DNA of 64,000 nucleotides from Arcobacteraceae bacterium (GTDB lineage: Bacteria; Campylobacterota; Campylobacteria; Campylobacterales; Arcobacteraceae). A program made the position numbers and the translations under genes. Within the stretch, counting starts at the first letter, position 1. Each line of letters opens with the position of its first letter. A model generated the notes under the pieces. That model did not search any database and had not been told where the DNA came from. It saw only the letters and a program-made list of their open reading frames with translations. The DNA is taken from assembly GCA_048268245.1 (NCBI GenBank), contig JBLWVX010000003.1, positions 1 to 64,000 on the forward strand. Direction: 5' to 3'. Of this stretch, positions 49,650 through 61,468 are shown one piece after another.

Positions 49650-49685
49650 TATTAAGTTAAAAGGCTTATGCCTTTTACTTAATAC
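49649..49685 (+). terminator. Stem-loop after pilin gene (partial terminator or mRNA stabiliser)
   Basis: GTATTAAGT-T-AAAAGGC-TTAT-GCCTTTT-ACTTAATAC. Confidence 0.65.
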
Positions 49686-49699
49686 ATGAAAAGACAAAT

Positions 49700-50128
49700 G
49701 TGTTTACAATAATCTTTTATATATTTTCTACAGTTTTATCTTATACTGACTTCAAAAAATACTTAGTACCAAATAATATTTTACTTACTATGGCAATAAT
49801 GCTTTTAATATTTGGCTTTTTTGAATCGAAAATATATATAAGTTCTATTGTTTTATCTTTAGGTGTTCTTCTTTTTTTCATTATTCTTATGCTTATAAAT
49901 AGACAAATGATACTTGGTGGTGGAGATATAAAGTATATGATGCTTGTAGCACTATTTTTAGGACTAAAACCATTTGCTATTTTTTTGATAGTTACAGGTC
50001 TTCTTCAAAGCATAGTTTTATTATTTATGCAAAAAATAAGAAAAAGAAGAGTAGCTGCTATGGTACCAGTTATGTTTGTTTCTGTTATAATAGTAGATAT
50101 ATTAAATTATTTGAATATATTTTTGTAA
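49700..50128 (+). CDS. Prepilin peptidase, A24 family (TadV/CpaA-like)
   Basis: TDFKKYLVPN and GGGDIK aspartate motifs; short, with no methylase domain. Confidence 0.88.
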   Translation: MFTIIFYIFSTVLSYTDFKKYLVPNNILLTMAIMLLIFGFFESKIYISSIVLSLGVLLFFIILMLINRQMILGGGDIKYMMLVALFLGLKPFAIFLIVTGLLQSIVLLFMQKIRKRRVAAMVPVMFVSVIIVDILNYLNIFL

Positions 50129-50164
50129 AGAATATAATCTTCAAAGATAAGGTTAGGAAGAAAT

Positions 50165-51754
50165 ATGACATTAGATGATTTTAAAGATAAACTTGATTCA
50201 AATAAAGAGAATAGTATTTTAAATACGCAAATCCAAGAGGCTTTAGAACTATTTGCTGATCTTGCAAACCTAGATGATATTTCGTATTATAAGTATGAGT
50301 ATGAATATAATAATTTCTTTCATAAATTAACTATTGATAAAGATGGAAATAGACTTGAAGAAAAAAGTCATAATGAACAAAAATACAGAATAACATTGAG
50401 AAAAAATAAACTTGTATATGGATATATATCTATTAATAAGCGAATAAAATCAACTTCTATTGTAAAAAAAATTCTAAATAAACTAATAAAATATCTAGAT
50501 AAGCAAAAAGAATTAGAAAAAAAACTTTTAGGTTCTGATGTATCTTTTAATATATATTTATTTCATGATGATACTTTAGATATGTTTGCCCAAAATCTAA
50601 AAGGTGGACTAGAAGGTCTTTTTAATGTTGATGTAATTGTAGATAATTCAATTGAAAAACATATATCTTCTATTCGAAGTAAAGAGACTAAGCATATAAT
50701 TGTTTATTTAATTGATGATGAAAGAAATATCAAGAAGTATGAATCTGTAATTAAGTCATTAAATGAATTAATAATAGTTTTAGGTCCAAATGACCATAAA
50801 ATATCTATGTATTGTGGGAAACTAGGAATTCAGAACTATATTTCTATAAATGAATTTAAAGCAGAAACAATAAAAGAAATAATTCTAAATACAAGAAATG
50901 AACTTCTAAATAAAAATAAATATGGGAATAAAATTATAGCTTTAAGTGGTATTTCAGGAGGTATAGGAACTACTACTATTGGTATGAATATGTCTGATTT
51001 ACTATCACAAAATTTACCTGATAAGAATATTTTATATATTGATTTATCAACTACAAAAGCTGTTAGCAATCTATTTTTACAAAAAAATCCACTTCCTAAT
51101 AAAACTATTGTTGATTTGATTAATACAAGTGAATTTCACTTGGAAAATAATCTTCAAAATGGTTTATGTAAAGTTCGTGAAAACTTTTATTGTATTACAG
51201 GAATTCAAAAACATATAGATAAAGAGTACATAGAAAAAGATGTATTTATTAGTAAACTTTTAGAGTATGTATCAAATTCAAGTGATTATTTTAATTTTAT
51301 AATTATAGATTTAGGTTTAGCAGATGCTTCAAATCTAAAGACAACTATATATGATATTGTAAATGAAATCTGGCTTTTAACAGAAATGAATCTTCCTCAT
51401 ATTTCAAAAGTAAAAACATTTTATTCTTTAATGAAAAGAGCAGGGTTAAAGGAGAAAATATCTTTTATTGTAAACAGATATGATTCTCAAAATGCAATTT
51501 CAGTGAATGATGTAACTTCAATTTTAAATATGACAAGTGGGGACAAAATACAATTTGATAATTATAAAATCCCAAATGATTATAAAACTTTAGGTAAATG
51601 TTGGAATTACTGTGAGTTAGCAAGTGTAAGTGATAAAGACTCACTATTTATAGAGAAACTTGAAGATATTTTGAAGAAAAAAGAGTTTTATCAAAGTGAA
51701 GATAAAAAAAGAAAAGAAGGATTCTTTTCATCTTTATTTAAAAAGAGTAAATAA
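50165..51754 (+). CDS. TadZ/CpaE-like MinD/ParA-family pilus localisation protein with long N-terminal extension
   Basis: Degenerate Walker A SGGIGTTT, YIDL, FIIIDLG, IVNRYD, IPND. Confidence 0.8.
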   Translation: MTLDDFKDKLDSNKENSILNTQIQEALELFADLANLDDISYYKYEYEYNNFFHKLTIDKDGNRLEEKSHNEQKYRITLRKNKLVYGYISINKRIKSTSIVKKILNKLIKYLDKQKELEKKLLGSDVSFNIYLFHDDTLDMFAQNLKGGLEGLFNVDVIVDNSIEKHISSIRSKETKHIIVYLIDDERNIKKYESVIKSLNELIIVLGPNDHKISMYCGKLGIQNYISINEFKAETIKEIILNTRNELLNKNKYGNKIIALSGISGGIGTTTIGMNMSDLLSQNLPDKNILYIDLSTTKAVSNLFLQKNPLPNKTIVDLINTSEFHLENNLQNGLCKVRENFYCITGIQKHIDKEYIEKDVFISKLLEYVSNSSDYFNFIIIDLGLADASNLKTTIYDIVNEIWLLTEMNLPHISKVKTFYSLMKRAGLKEKISFIVNRYDSQNAISVNDVTSILNMTSGDKIQFDNYKIPNDYKTLGKCWNYCELASVSDKDSLFIEKLEDILKKKEFYQSEDKKRKEGFFSSLFKKSK

Positions 51755-53355
51755 TGAGAAGTTTAAGAGATTTAATTGAAGATCAAGAAAAAAATAGCAT
51801 TAGTTTAGATGATAATGTTGTTGAAGAATCTACAGAAGAAGACTCTATTCTAAAAGAGACAAAAGAAAAAATCACTAAGATAAAAAAACAAGCAGTAAAT
51901 TCTTTATTACAGTTTCCTGATATTTATACAAACAAAGAGTTATATGATTTAGCTTTACGAATAAATGATAGTTTTATGATGAACTTAAAATCTGATCAGA
52001 AGATTACAGAAGAGAATCTTGAAGAAGTATTACCTGATTATATTCAATCTTATAACAAAGAAACTAGAACTTTATCTAAAGAGTATTTAGAAGATATAAA
52101 ACAAATGATTATAAATAATATTGTAGGTTATGGTCATATATCTACAATATTTGACATTGCTAAAGATGGATTAAATGATGTAATTATAAATACAAAAGAT
52201 TATGTAGATATTATTTATAAAGGTAAAACAGAACAAACCCCTTTTACTTTTAGAAGTGAAGAAGAGCTTAGAAAAATTATAGATAAAATGCTTGCTGAAA
52301 ACAATAGAAAAATTGATGAAGCACATCCTATTATTTCAAGTAAATTAAATGATGGTTCAAGGGTAGAAGTTCAAATCCCACCAATTGCTGCAAACGGTGG
52401 AAGTTGTGTGACAATTAGAAAATTCAATGAAATACCACTTTTATTAGAAATGCTAATTGATGCAGGTCAGATGGATATGAAAATGGCATATTTTCTAGTA
52501 AAAGTTTCAAAAGGAAAATGTAATATTATTGTATCTGGTGGTACATCAAGTGGTAAAACAACTTTCTTAAATGCAATGACAAGGTTTGTTGATGGAAATG
52601 AACAACTTATGGTTATTGAAGATACAAAAGAGATGCAACCTCAAATGCCTTGCCATTCAATTAGGTCTTATGAATCAAGAATGGCAAACGAAGAGGGTAA
52701 AGGTGCTATTCCTTTAGAGTATCTTTTAAGATCAGCTCTAAGATCAAGTCCAAGAAGGATTATTGTAGGTGAGTGTAGAGGACCTGAGATTGTAACAATG
52801 TTAAATGCTATGAATACAGGTCACCCAGGTTCTATGACAACTGTTCATGCAGATAGTACAAAAGAAGCTCTTGTTAGAATTGAAAATATGTACTTAGAAG
52901 CCAGACCAAGTGCTAATATTAATTTTATTAGAACTCAAATTGTTTCAGCAGTTGATTTAATCATTCAGTTAGTTAGATTTCCAGATGGTACTAGAAAATT
53001 AGTTGCTATTTCAGAGATTGAGCGAAGAATGGAAGATAATGGAGTTGTATCTTTAAATAATATCTTTGAATTTAAAAGAGATACAAGTGATCTTAAAAAA
53101 ACAAAAGGAGAGTTTCAAACTCTATCAACTCCTACTAGAACAATAGATCAAATGAATATGTTTGGTGTAGATATTGATAAAAGAGTGTTTGATCCAAATT
53201 TTGAGATGCCTAAATCAATGCTTATCGAAGCACTTGAAACAGATTTACCATCAGTTATGTGTGGTTGGAAGGATGAGTTCCTGAAAGTGTTTATTGAAAG
53301 AGATCCTCAGCTTTTTCATAAATGGCCACATTTTTTAAAGATGAAAGAAGAGTAA
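51754..53355 (+). CDS. tadA: TadA/CpaF pilus assembly ATPase
   Basis: DGSRV, TIRKF, SGGTSSGKTT, IEDTKE, RIIVGECRG.E, AMNTGHPGSMTTVHA, RFPDGTRK. Confidence 0.93.
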   Translation: MRSLRDLIEDQEKNSISLDDNVVEESTEEDSILKETKEKITKIKKQAVNSLLQFPDIYTNKELYDLALRINDSFMMNLKSDQKITEENLEEVLPDYIQSYNKETRTLSKEYLEDIKQMIINNIVGYGHISTIFDIAKDGLNDVIINTKDYVDIIYKGKTEQTPFTFRSEEELRKIIDKMLAENNRKIDEAHPIISSKLNDGSRVEVQIPPIAANGGSCVTIRKFNEIPLLLEMLIDAGQMDMKMAYFLVKVSKGKCNIIVSGGTSSGKTTFLNAMTRFVDGNEQLMVIEDTKEMQPQMPCHSIRSYESRMANEEGKGAIPLEYLLRSALRSSPRRIIVGECRGPEIVTMLNAMNTGHPGSMTTVHADSTKEALVRIENMYLEARPSANINFIRTQIVSAVDLIIQLVRFPDGTRKLVAISEIERRMEDNGVVSLNNIFEFKRDTSDLKKTKGEFQTLSTPTRTIDQMNMFGVDIDKRVFDPNFEMPKSMLIEALETDLPSVMCGWKDEFLKVFIERDPQLFHKWPHFLKMKEE

Positions 53356-53358
53356 ATT

Positions 53359-54285
53359 ATGAGTAATTTAGTTCTATTTTTTATCATAGTAATTCCTATA
53401 CTATTTATAAGTTTTGCTTTTTATTTATACTCATTTTATGTGAAAATGAATCAGCAAAAAGTGATAATAAATACTTTAGTAAATACAAATAGTAAAATCC
53501 TAGATAATAATAGAAATGATAATGTATTCGAAGATGATACAAATTTTTTAAGAAAGAAACTTAGATTTGCAGGCTTCTCTACTCAAGGTGCTGAGTATGT
53601 TTTTTTACTTATTTGTATTGGTTTTGGACTTTTAACAAGCTTTTTTATTTTTTTAATAGCAAGTTCTAAGATCATATTTGTATGTACATTTTTTATATTT
53701 ATGGGCTTTCCTTATTTGGTTTTAGTAAATATTATAAAAGCTAGACAAGAAGAGTTTAACTTTGCATTAAAAGAGATTATTGATAAAGTTACTAGTATGA
53801 TGAGAAGTGGTGTAGGTTTTGAGCAAGCTTTAAAAAAATCAATCCTTACTTCAAAATCAAAACTTGCACAAAAAGTTCTAGGTATTTATATAAATGAAAA
53901 ATCAGTTATAGGTGAAGATAAATGTTTTGAGAAGATGTTTAAACTTATTGAGTCTAAAGAACTTAGAATTTTTTATCTTACAATTTCAATTGGTAGAAAA
54001 TCAGGTGGTAAGTTTTCAAATACTTTAGAAAAACTAAGAAAAACACTACATGACCAAGGGGAAATAAAACAAGAAATTACATCTTCAACAAAAGAGATAA
54101 AAGTGGGTACTTATATGATTATAGGGCTTATTATTTTTACATATATTATGATGAATAGTGCATTAAATGATTCTTTAAATGCTCACTTTTTTGGTAGTGA
54201 TACAGGTAAAATCCAAATGTTTTTTATTATTGTTTGGATTTCTTTTGGACTATTTGTAAATAGCTTATTAACAAAGATAAAATGA
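53359..54285 (+). CDS. tadB: TadB-like inner-membrane platform protein
   Basis: T2SS-F fold pattern MRSG..FEQAL, SGGK..L; follows tadA. Confidence 0.85.
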   Translation: MSNLVLFFIIVIPILFISFAFYLYSFYVKMNQQKVIINTLVNTNSKILDNNRNDNVFEDDTNFLRKKLRFAGFSTQGAEYVFLLICIGFGLLTSFFIFLIASSKIIFVCTFFIFMGFPYLVLVNIIKARQEEFNFALKEIIDKVTSMMRSGVGFEQALKKSILTSKSKLAQKVLGIYINEKSVIGEDKCFEKMFKLIESKELRIFYLTISIGRKSGGKFSNTLEKLRKTLHDQGEIKQEITSSTKEIKVGTYMIIGLIIFTYIMMNSALNDSLNAHFFGSDTGKIQMFFIIVWISFGLFVNSLLTKIK

Positions 54286-55127
54286 TGGATAAAACACTTA
54301 TTGTATTTATACTAGCACCAATGTTAATAGCAGTAGCCATAATTGCAACAGTGCTAATACTTCAGAGAAAGAAACAGCAAAGAAATATTGTACTTCTTTC
54401 AAAGTTAGATAATAAAGCAATTATAGAAGAGCAAAAAAAAGGCGAAAATAAAAGTAATGATAGTTTGAATATGCAATTAATTCAAGCAGGAATTACTTAT
54501 AAAGAGTATACAGAAGCAAGACTTCTTTTTGCTTTGATTGGAATAATTATAATGGGAGTTCTACCATTTTTCTTCTCTTTTATAGTTGGAGTAATTAGTG
54601 TAATTGTAGGTATTTTATGTATTGCATTTGGAGGAAAGTTTTATTTATCAATTGCAAAGGCAGAGAGAATTGAAAAAATTGATAAAGATTTAGGGATTTT
54701 TCTTGATTTAGTAAATGTAATTCTTGAAGCAGGAGGAAGTTTAAAAAATGCCTTTTTTGAAGTTTCTAAAAGAGCCCATGGAATTATTGATGAAGAGTTA
54801 CTAAAAGAAATCTCTATTTTAGAGTACGAAATGACAAATTACTCTACAAAAGTAGCCTATGAAAATCTTAAAAATAGGGTCGATAGTAGACAACTTGATA
54901 AAATAGTGGATTTTTTGATACTTAGTGAAGAGACAGGTATTGGAGTAAAAAACATTTTTACAATGCAATCAGATGAAATGAGAAAAGAAAAGTTCTATAA
55001 AATAAAAGGGAAGGTTAATACTTTAAATATGTATTTGATGCTGATTATTTTCCTTTTTGTTTTACCAGCATTTGGAGCATTTATTGTTTTCCCTATTATG
55101 GGTGGAACACTAACAATTGGAATATAA
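54282..55127 (+). CDS. tadC: TadC-like inner-membrane platform protein
   Basis: FLDL..LEAG.SL..AF, SEETG, C-terminal IIFLFVLP; overlaps tadB stop. Confidence 0.85.
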   Translation: MMDKTLIVFILAPMLIAVAIIATVLILQRKKQQRNIVLLSKLDNKAIIEEQKKGENKSNDSLNMQLIQAGITYKEYTEARLLFALIGIIIMGVLPFFFSFIVGVISVIVGILCIAFGGKFYLSIAKAERIEKIDKDLGIFLDLVNVILEAGGSLKNAFFEVSKRAHGIIDEELLKEISILEYEMTNYSTKVAYENLKNRVDSRQLDKIVDFLILSEETGIGVKNIFTMQSDEMRKEKFYKIKGKVNTLNMYLMLIIFLFVLPAFGAFIVFPIMGGTLTIGI

Positions 55128-55145
55128 ATTTAATAAGGATTTTAC

Positions 55146-56351
55146 ATGCAAGCTAACAAACAAATAATTATAATACTAATACTAGCCTCGCTACTATTTT
55201 CAGCACTTGGGGCTGCTTTTTATTTTTTTAAAAAGAATAAACAAGCCCAAAAGAGTAATAATGAACTTGTCACAATTTATATTGCAAAAGCTGATATAAA
55301 AAAAGGAACATTAATTACTGTAGATCAAATGGCCCAAACTAAAATAGCAAAACAATTCTTATTAAATAAACCATTGATGAAAAAAGAGATTATTGGAAAA
55401 TATACTAGTGAAAAAATCTTTAAAAATGAGATGTTCTTAAAACAAAAACTATCAACACAAATTGAGAAAGAAAGAGCTAAAGTTCTTGATTTTACTAGCA
55501 GTAGTTACAACATGAAGTTTGATATGTTTGATAACCCCAATTATACTTTAGTTCAAGGGGATTTTATAAATATCATATCTGTTCTTCCAAAGGGAAAACC
55601 TGATAATAAAGGTAAATATTCAGATTTTGATGTTCAATATATAGCAAATAATATTAAAGTTTTAGGATTTATTAAAGATGGTGTAAATGAGTCTTCAAGT
55701 ATTACAAAAGAAAAAATTAAAAAAGTAATAAAGAAAAAAGTTGTAGAAGAAATAGTAAATATAAAAGCAAATGAAATGATACTTGATATAGATCCAAATG
55801 TTTTGATTTCACTTATTAAAGATTATAATAAAGGAAATCAATTATGGATGGTAAAAACTAAAGAGTCTATTCAGATTAAACCACTTGATGAAATGACAAA
55901 AGAAGAAACAAAAGAGTTTAAAAAAGAAATAAAAGAACCTTTATCAAAAGAAAATAAAAAAGTAAAAAAAGTATATAAGCCAAAGGTTTATAAGTACCAA
56001 TGGTATAAATCAAAGGTTAATACTATTACTAAAAGTGCAGTAATTGATTATACAAATGATAAAGGTGATAGTAAAACTAAAAAAAGAAGTGTAGAAATAA
56101 AAGTTGATTCACAAAGGATATGTAACTCTATAAAAGATAAGTTTATTATAGGAACATCTGCAAGGTTTTATATAAGAAATGAGCCAACAACTAGATCAAG
56201 TAAAAAAAGTATCTTAGAAAAAAATACAATTATTCCTTATGTTGAAAAATTAGACACTTGGTATAGGACTTGTGATGGACAGTTTGTAAGTTCAAAAGTT
56301 GCAAATGAGATTTCATATTCAAATGCAGTAAAAAAAGCAGGTAAAAGATGA
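55146..56351 (+). CDS. RcpC/CpaB-like SAF-domain protein with C-terminal SH3-like domain
   Basis: TM, SAF pattern IYIAKADIKKGTLIT..IIGKY..I.KNE, LVQGDFINI, NIKVLG; C-terminal IRNEPTTRS..WY...G.FVS. Confidence 0.75.
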   Translation: MQANKQIIIILILASLLFSALGAAFYFFKKNKQAQKSNNELVTIYIAKADIKKGTLITVDQMAQTKIAKQFLLNKPLMKKEIIGKYTSEKIFKNEMFLKQKLSTQIEKERAKVLDFTSSSYNMKFDMFDNPNYTLVQGDFINIISVLPKGKPDNKGKYSDFDVQYIANNIKVLGFIKDGVNESSSITKEKIKKVIKKKVVEEIVNIKANEMILDIDPNVLISLIKDYNKGNQLWMVKTKESIQIKPLDEMTKEETKEFKKEIKEPLSKENKKVKKVYKPKVYKYQWYKSKVNTITKSAVIDYTNDKGDSKTKKRSVEIKVDSQRICNSIKDKFIIGTSARFYIRNEPTTRSSKKSILEKNTIIPYVEKLDTWYRTCDGQFVSSKVANEISYSNAVKKAGKR

Positions 56352-56791
56352 AAAATCAAACAGTAAAAAATAAACCTAATTTAAAAGATGCTGTAGTAGA
56401 GCAAATCATTTTATGGATTGTTATATTTATATCTTTTGTAAGTATTTTATTTTTTATTATTGATTATTCAAATGCACTAAAAGCTAGTGAAAATGCAGAT
56501 TCAATTGCTAATTACACAGCAAGAATGGTAGCACTAAATGAATCGGAAAGTGATATTGCTGATGGTATTAATAGAATAAAAGGTGATTATGTACAAGCAG
56601 TTACAACAGCTGGTATTTCTTGTACAGAAGATACAACTGATGCAAGTAGACAAGTAATAGTAAATGTATCTGGAACACTACCAAATAATATTATTCTAAC
56701 AGGAAGTAATAATATAAACTCAAAAGCAGTAGTTTATAATGAAAGTAGTGAATATAAAAAAGAGTGTAGTATAGCACTTAGCTTTAACTAG
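56348..56791 (+). CDS. TadE/TadF-like minor pilin
   Basis: N-terminal AVVEQ plus hydrophobic helix, A...AR..A motif, two Cys; inside the tad operon. Confidence 0.65.
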   Translation: MKNQTVKNKPNLKDAVVEQIILWIVIFISFVSILFFIIDYSNALKASENADSIANYTARMVALNESESDIADGINRIKGDYVQAVTTAGISCTEDTTDASRQVIVNVSGTLPNNIILTGSNNINSKAVVYNESSEYKKECSIALSFN

Positions 56792-56800
56792 GAGAGAGTT

Positions 56801-58283
56801 ATGAAAGTAGTATTAAAAAGTTTATTTATTTTATGTATATTTTTAAGTATAGGAAATACAAATGAGCTTATAAGTAAAAATTTACATGATAAAAACATAT
56901 CCGTAAGCAAAGGTTCATTTAAAGTCTTTGAGTTTAAAAAGATGATTAAGAATATAAAAGTAAGTGATGAGTCTATGATAGATGTAGACTTTTTAGAAAA
57001 TAGTGAAAAGCCTTTGCAGGCTATAAAAGTGTTTACTAAAAAACTTGGAAATGGAAATATCCTAGTTACTTTCTATGACTCAAGTTCATTACATATAAAT
57101 ATAAATATCACTGAAAATTTAAATACTATAGTTGAAGTTGCAAATATAATAAGTCCTAAGTTAAAAGTAAAACAAACTAATGGAAAAGTAATCTTAAGTG
57201 GAAGTGTAAAGAATCAAAAACAAAAAGATAAGATTTTAGACTTATTTAAAAAAGCAGGTGTGAATCTAGAGACTGATTTAGTTGATTTAGCTACACTTGA
57301 AAATCCAGATAAGATGGTAAGAATCAAGCTTTATGCAGTTGAAGTAAATAATGATAAAGGGCTTACAATAAAGAATAATTGGTTTAGTTCAGGTAAGAAC
57401 TATATTCAAAATATTAATGATGAAGGACTTTATTATAATACTCCTTTGGATTATTCTGGAAGTACTCAAGAATATAGCGATGCAAATAATCAAAGAAATA
57501 TTTTAGTACATGATGCAATTGATAATCTTATGAAAGATGCAGTATCTCTAACAGGTGGATTAACTGGTGCTGCTAATGTATTAGGTAAATATTTTAATGT
57601 AGGAGTTACTTTAAACTACTTATCTTCAAAAGGTGTAGCTGAGGTTTTAGATGAAACAACACTTTTAACATTAGAAAACCAAGAAGCAGATTTTTTAGCA
57701 GGTGGAACTTTAAATATAAGAACACAAACTACAACTTCTCAAGGTGTACCATCAACTGAATTAAAAGAGATAAAGTATGGTTTACAACTTAATATAAAAG
57801 CTAAAAATATTGTAGATGATAAGTTTATAAAACTAAATATTGTTACAAAATCAAGTAGTGCAGATTTTGCAAATACAGTAGATGGAATCCCAAATATTAC
57901 AGAGAAATCAATCACTACAAATGTAGTAGTAGCAAATAAATCTACTATTGTTTTAGGTGGTTTAATAAATAGAAAAAATGCAAGTGATATAGAAAAAATA
58001 CCATTACTTGGGGATATTCCAGTATTAGGGTTTCTATTTACAAGTAAAGCTTTTAAAGAAGGGAAAAGTGAGCTAGTGTTTTTTATTACACCTGAAATAG
58101 TTGATCCAAAAGCAAACAACCAACAGCAAGAGTTCTTACAAAAAACAACATTTACAAAAGCCATAGATGAAAAATTTGAAAATGATAAAAAAGAAGTAGA
58201 GAAAGAAAAAAATAAAAGTTTTAATAAAAAAGAAGACTCACAAAGCTTACATGAGCAAAGAGTAAAAGAGATTTTAGGATATT

Positions 58284-58285
<2 letters not shown>
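56801..58285 (+). CDS. RcpA/CpaC secretin
   Basis: Signal peptide, pilus-N domain, BON-like LSGSV, FLAGG, YGLQL, IVLGGL, KIPLLGDIPVLGFLF, ELVFFITP. Confidence 0.9.
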
Positions 58286-59434
<1,149 letters not shown>

Positions 59435-59459
59435 TTAAAATTTCGCAATTATATCTAAA

Positions 59460-59942
59460 TTATGTTGATAGTTTTTCTTCTAGTTGTTTTTTTAAACTTT
59501 CATTCTCTTCTTTTAGAGTTTTGATTTTTAAAAGTAGTTCTTTTCTCTCATTTGCAGGTTCAATTGCTTTAGATATTGATATAATAATATTTCTAATATC
59601 AATTGGTTTGATTATGTAAGAGGTGATTCCAAGTTCTATTGCTTGTTTTAAGTAGCTTATATCTTGATGGGCAGTTGTGATTAAAACAGGAACATCTTTA
59701 TTGATTTTTTTTATTTCTTCAATCATTTCTAAGCCATCCATGTTAGGCATGGAAAGGTCTGTAACTATAATATCAATTTCTTCTTGATTCTCTATGAACT
59801 TTTCTAAACCATCCTTCCCATCAACTGCAGGGATAATCTTGGCATTTACAAGTTCTAATGTTACTATAGTATTTTGCTGTATAGCATTATCATCTTCTAC
59901 GTATAAAACTGTTATGTCTTTTAACATTTGTTCATTAATCAT
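59460..59942 (-). CDS. Response regulator (receiver plus coiled coil, no DNA-binding domain)
   Basis: VLYVEDD, VTDLSMPNMDG, TAH, YIIKP. Confidence 0.9.
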   Translation of the reverse strand: MINEQMLKDITVLYVEDDNAIQQNTIVTLELVNAKIIPAVDGKDGLEKFIENQEEIDIIVTDLSMPNMDGLEMIEEIKKINKDVPVLITTAHQDISYLKQAIELGITSYIIKPIDIRNIIISISKAIEPANERKELLLKIKTLKEENESLKKQLEEKLST

Positions 59943-60066
59943 TATATTTAGGCCTCTTTTGATAACTTATAGTATCTATAGTTGGATAAAAAAGTTATTA
60001 AATCTTGCTTTTATTAATATTATTTAATTTTAGATATAATGATAAATATTTACACAAAGGTCATAA

Positions 60067-61467
60067 ATGAAATTACTTTTAGTTTTTATTCTAAGTATTA
60101 GTTTTTTATACTCAAAAGAGCTTAAATCAATCACACTAGAAGAAGCAATTCAAATAGCTTTAGAAAACAATAAAAGAAATAAAGTGTCTAAACTAGCTTT
60201 AGAAGTTGCAAATGCACAATATAACCAAGCATTAAGTGCAAACTATCCAACTATAAATGCAATGTTGGTTGGTATTAGAAAAGATGAAAATCCTATTTAT
60301 CAGCAAAGAGGTGAATTTACATTACCAGATGGATTAAAAAATTTGTTAGAAGGTTTAGCTAGTGCACAGGCAGGTCAGCAAGTAACTATTGACCCTACAA
60401 TTCCAGCAAATATGAATACAACAAGTTACGGTAGAGATATAGTAAAAGGTTCAATTAATGTACAATACCCAGTTTATACAGGTGGAAAAATCTCAGCTAT
60501 CATTGAGCAAGCTAAACTAAACAAACAAATTGCTTTTAATGCTATGAAAAGAGAAGAAGAGAGTGTTGTATTTGATACTAAGAAATACTTTTATGGATAT
60601 GTATTAACAAATGAGTTACATAAAATTGCTAAAGACTCTTATGAGAGAATGCAGTTTATTTCAGATTTGACTAAAAAGTTTTATGAAAGTGGTGAGTCTT
60701 TAACTGTTAAAAAAACTGATTATTTATCAGTTCAAGTTACAGTTACATTAATAGAATCAATTGTTTCAAAACTTGAAGCAAACAAAAATCTTGTAAAATC
60801 AGCTTTAATTAACTCTATGGGTTTATCATGGGATAGTGATATAAATATCTCATATACAAATAGATTAGTTCCTCCAAATTACACTCTTGCAAAATTAGTT
60901 GAAAAAGCATACTCTTCAAATAAAGATATAAATGAAATAGATATAGCTTTAAAGGTTACAAAAGAGCAAATAAAAGAGAAAAAAGCCGGACATTATCCTA
61001 CTTTAGCTTTTATGGGTGAAGTTTCAAGAACTTATAACTCATATGAGTATGGTTTTTTAAATGAAGACCAAAGAAATAGATGGAATATAGGTTTTGCAGC
61101 AAACTTACCACTATTTGATGGGTTTAAAACTACAAGTGAAGTAGAAGAAAAAATTGCTGAAAAAAAGAAAATGTATCTAATAAGAGATATGTTAAAAGAT
61201 GCAGTAGCTATGCAAGTTAAAAATGAGTTAACAAATGCACTGATTGGTTTTAAACAAATCAAAACACTTAAAAAAGCAAAAGAACTTGCTAAAGATAGTA
61301 GAGAATTAAATATAAGAGCTTATCAAATTGAAGCAGTTGAGCCAAAAGATGTAGTTCAAGCTCAATATATTGAAGCTTATGTAAAAGCAGATTATTTAAA
61401 ATATGTACATGATTATTTAATCTCATTAGCAAAAATTGATAAACTAGTTGGAAAAGAGTTAAAATAA
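60067..61467 (+). CDS. TolC family outer-membrane protein
   Basis: Signal peptide, ITLEEAI..AL.NN, two repeats with YPT, P.YTGG / PLFDGF. Confidence 0.88.
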   Translation: MKLLLVFILSISFLYSKELKSITLEEAIQIALENNKRNKVSKLALEVANAQYNQALSANYPTINAMLVGIRKDENPIYQQRGEFTLPDGLKNLLEGLASAQAGQQVTIDPTIPANMNTTSYGRDIVKGSINVQYPVYTGGKISAIIEQAKLNKQIAFNAMKREEESVVFDTKKYFYGYVLTNELHKIAKDSYERMQFISDLTKKFYESGESLTVKKTDYLSVQVTVTLIESIVSKLEANKNLVKSALINSMGLSWDSDINISYTNRLVPPNYTLAKLVEKAYSSNKDINEIDIALKVTKEQIKEKKAGHYPTLAFMGEVSRTYNSYEYGFLNEDQRNRWNIGFAANLPLFDGFKTTSEVEEKIAEKKKMYLIRDMLKDAVAMQVKNELTNALIGFKQIKTLKKAKELAKDSRELNIRAYQIEAVEPKDVVQAQYIEAYVKADYLKYVHDYLISLAKIDKLVGKELK

Positions 61468-61468
61468 T

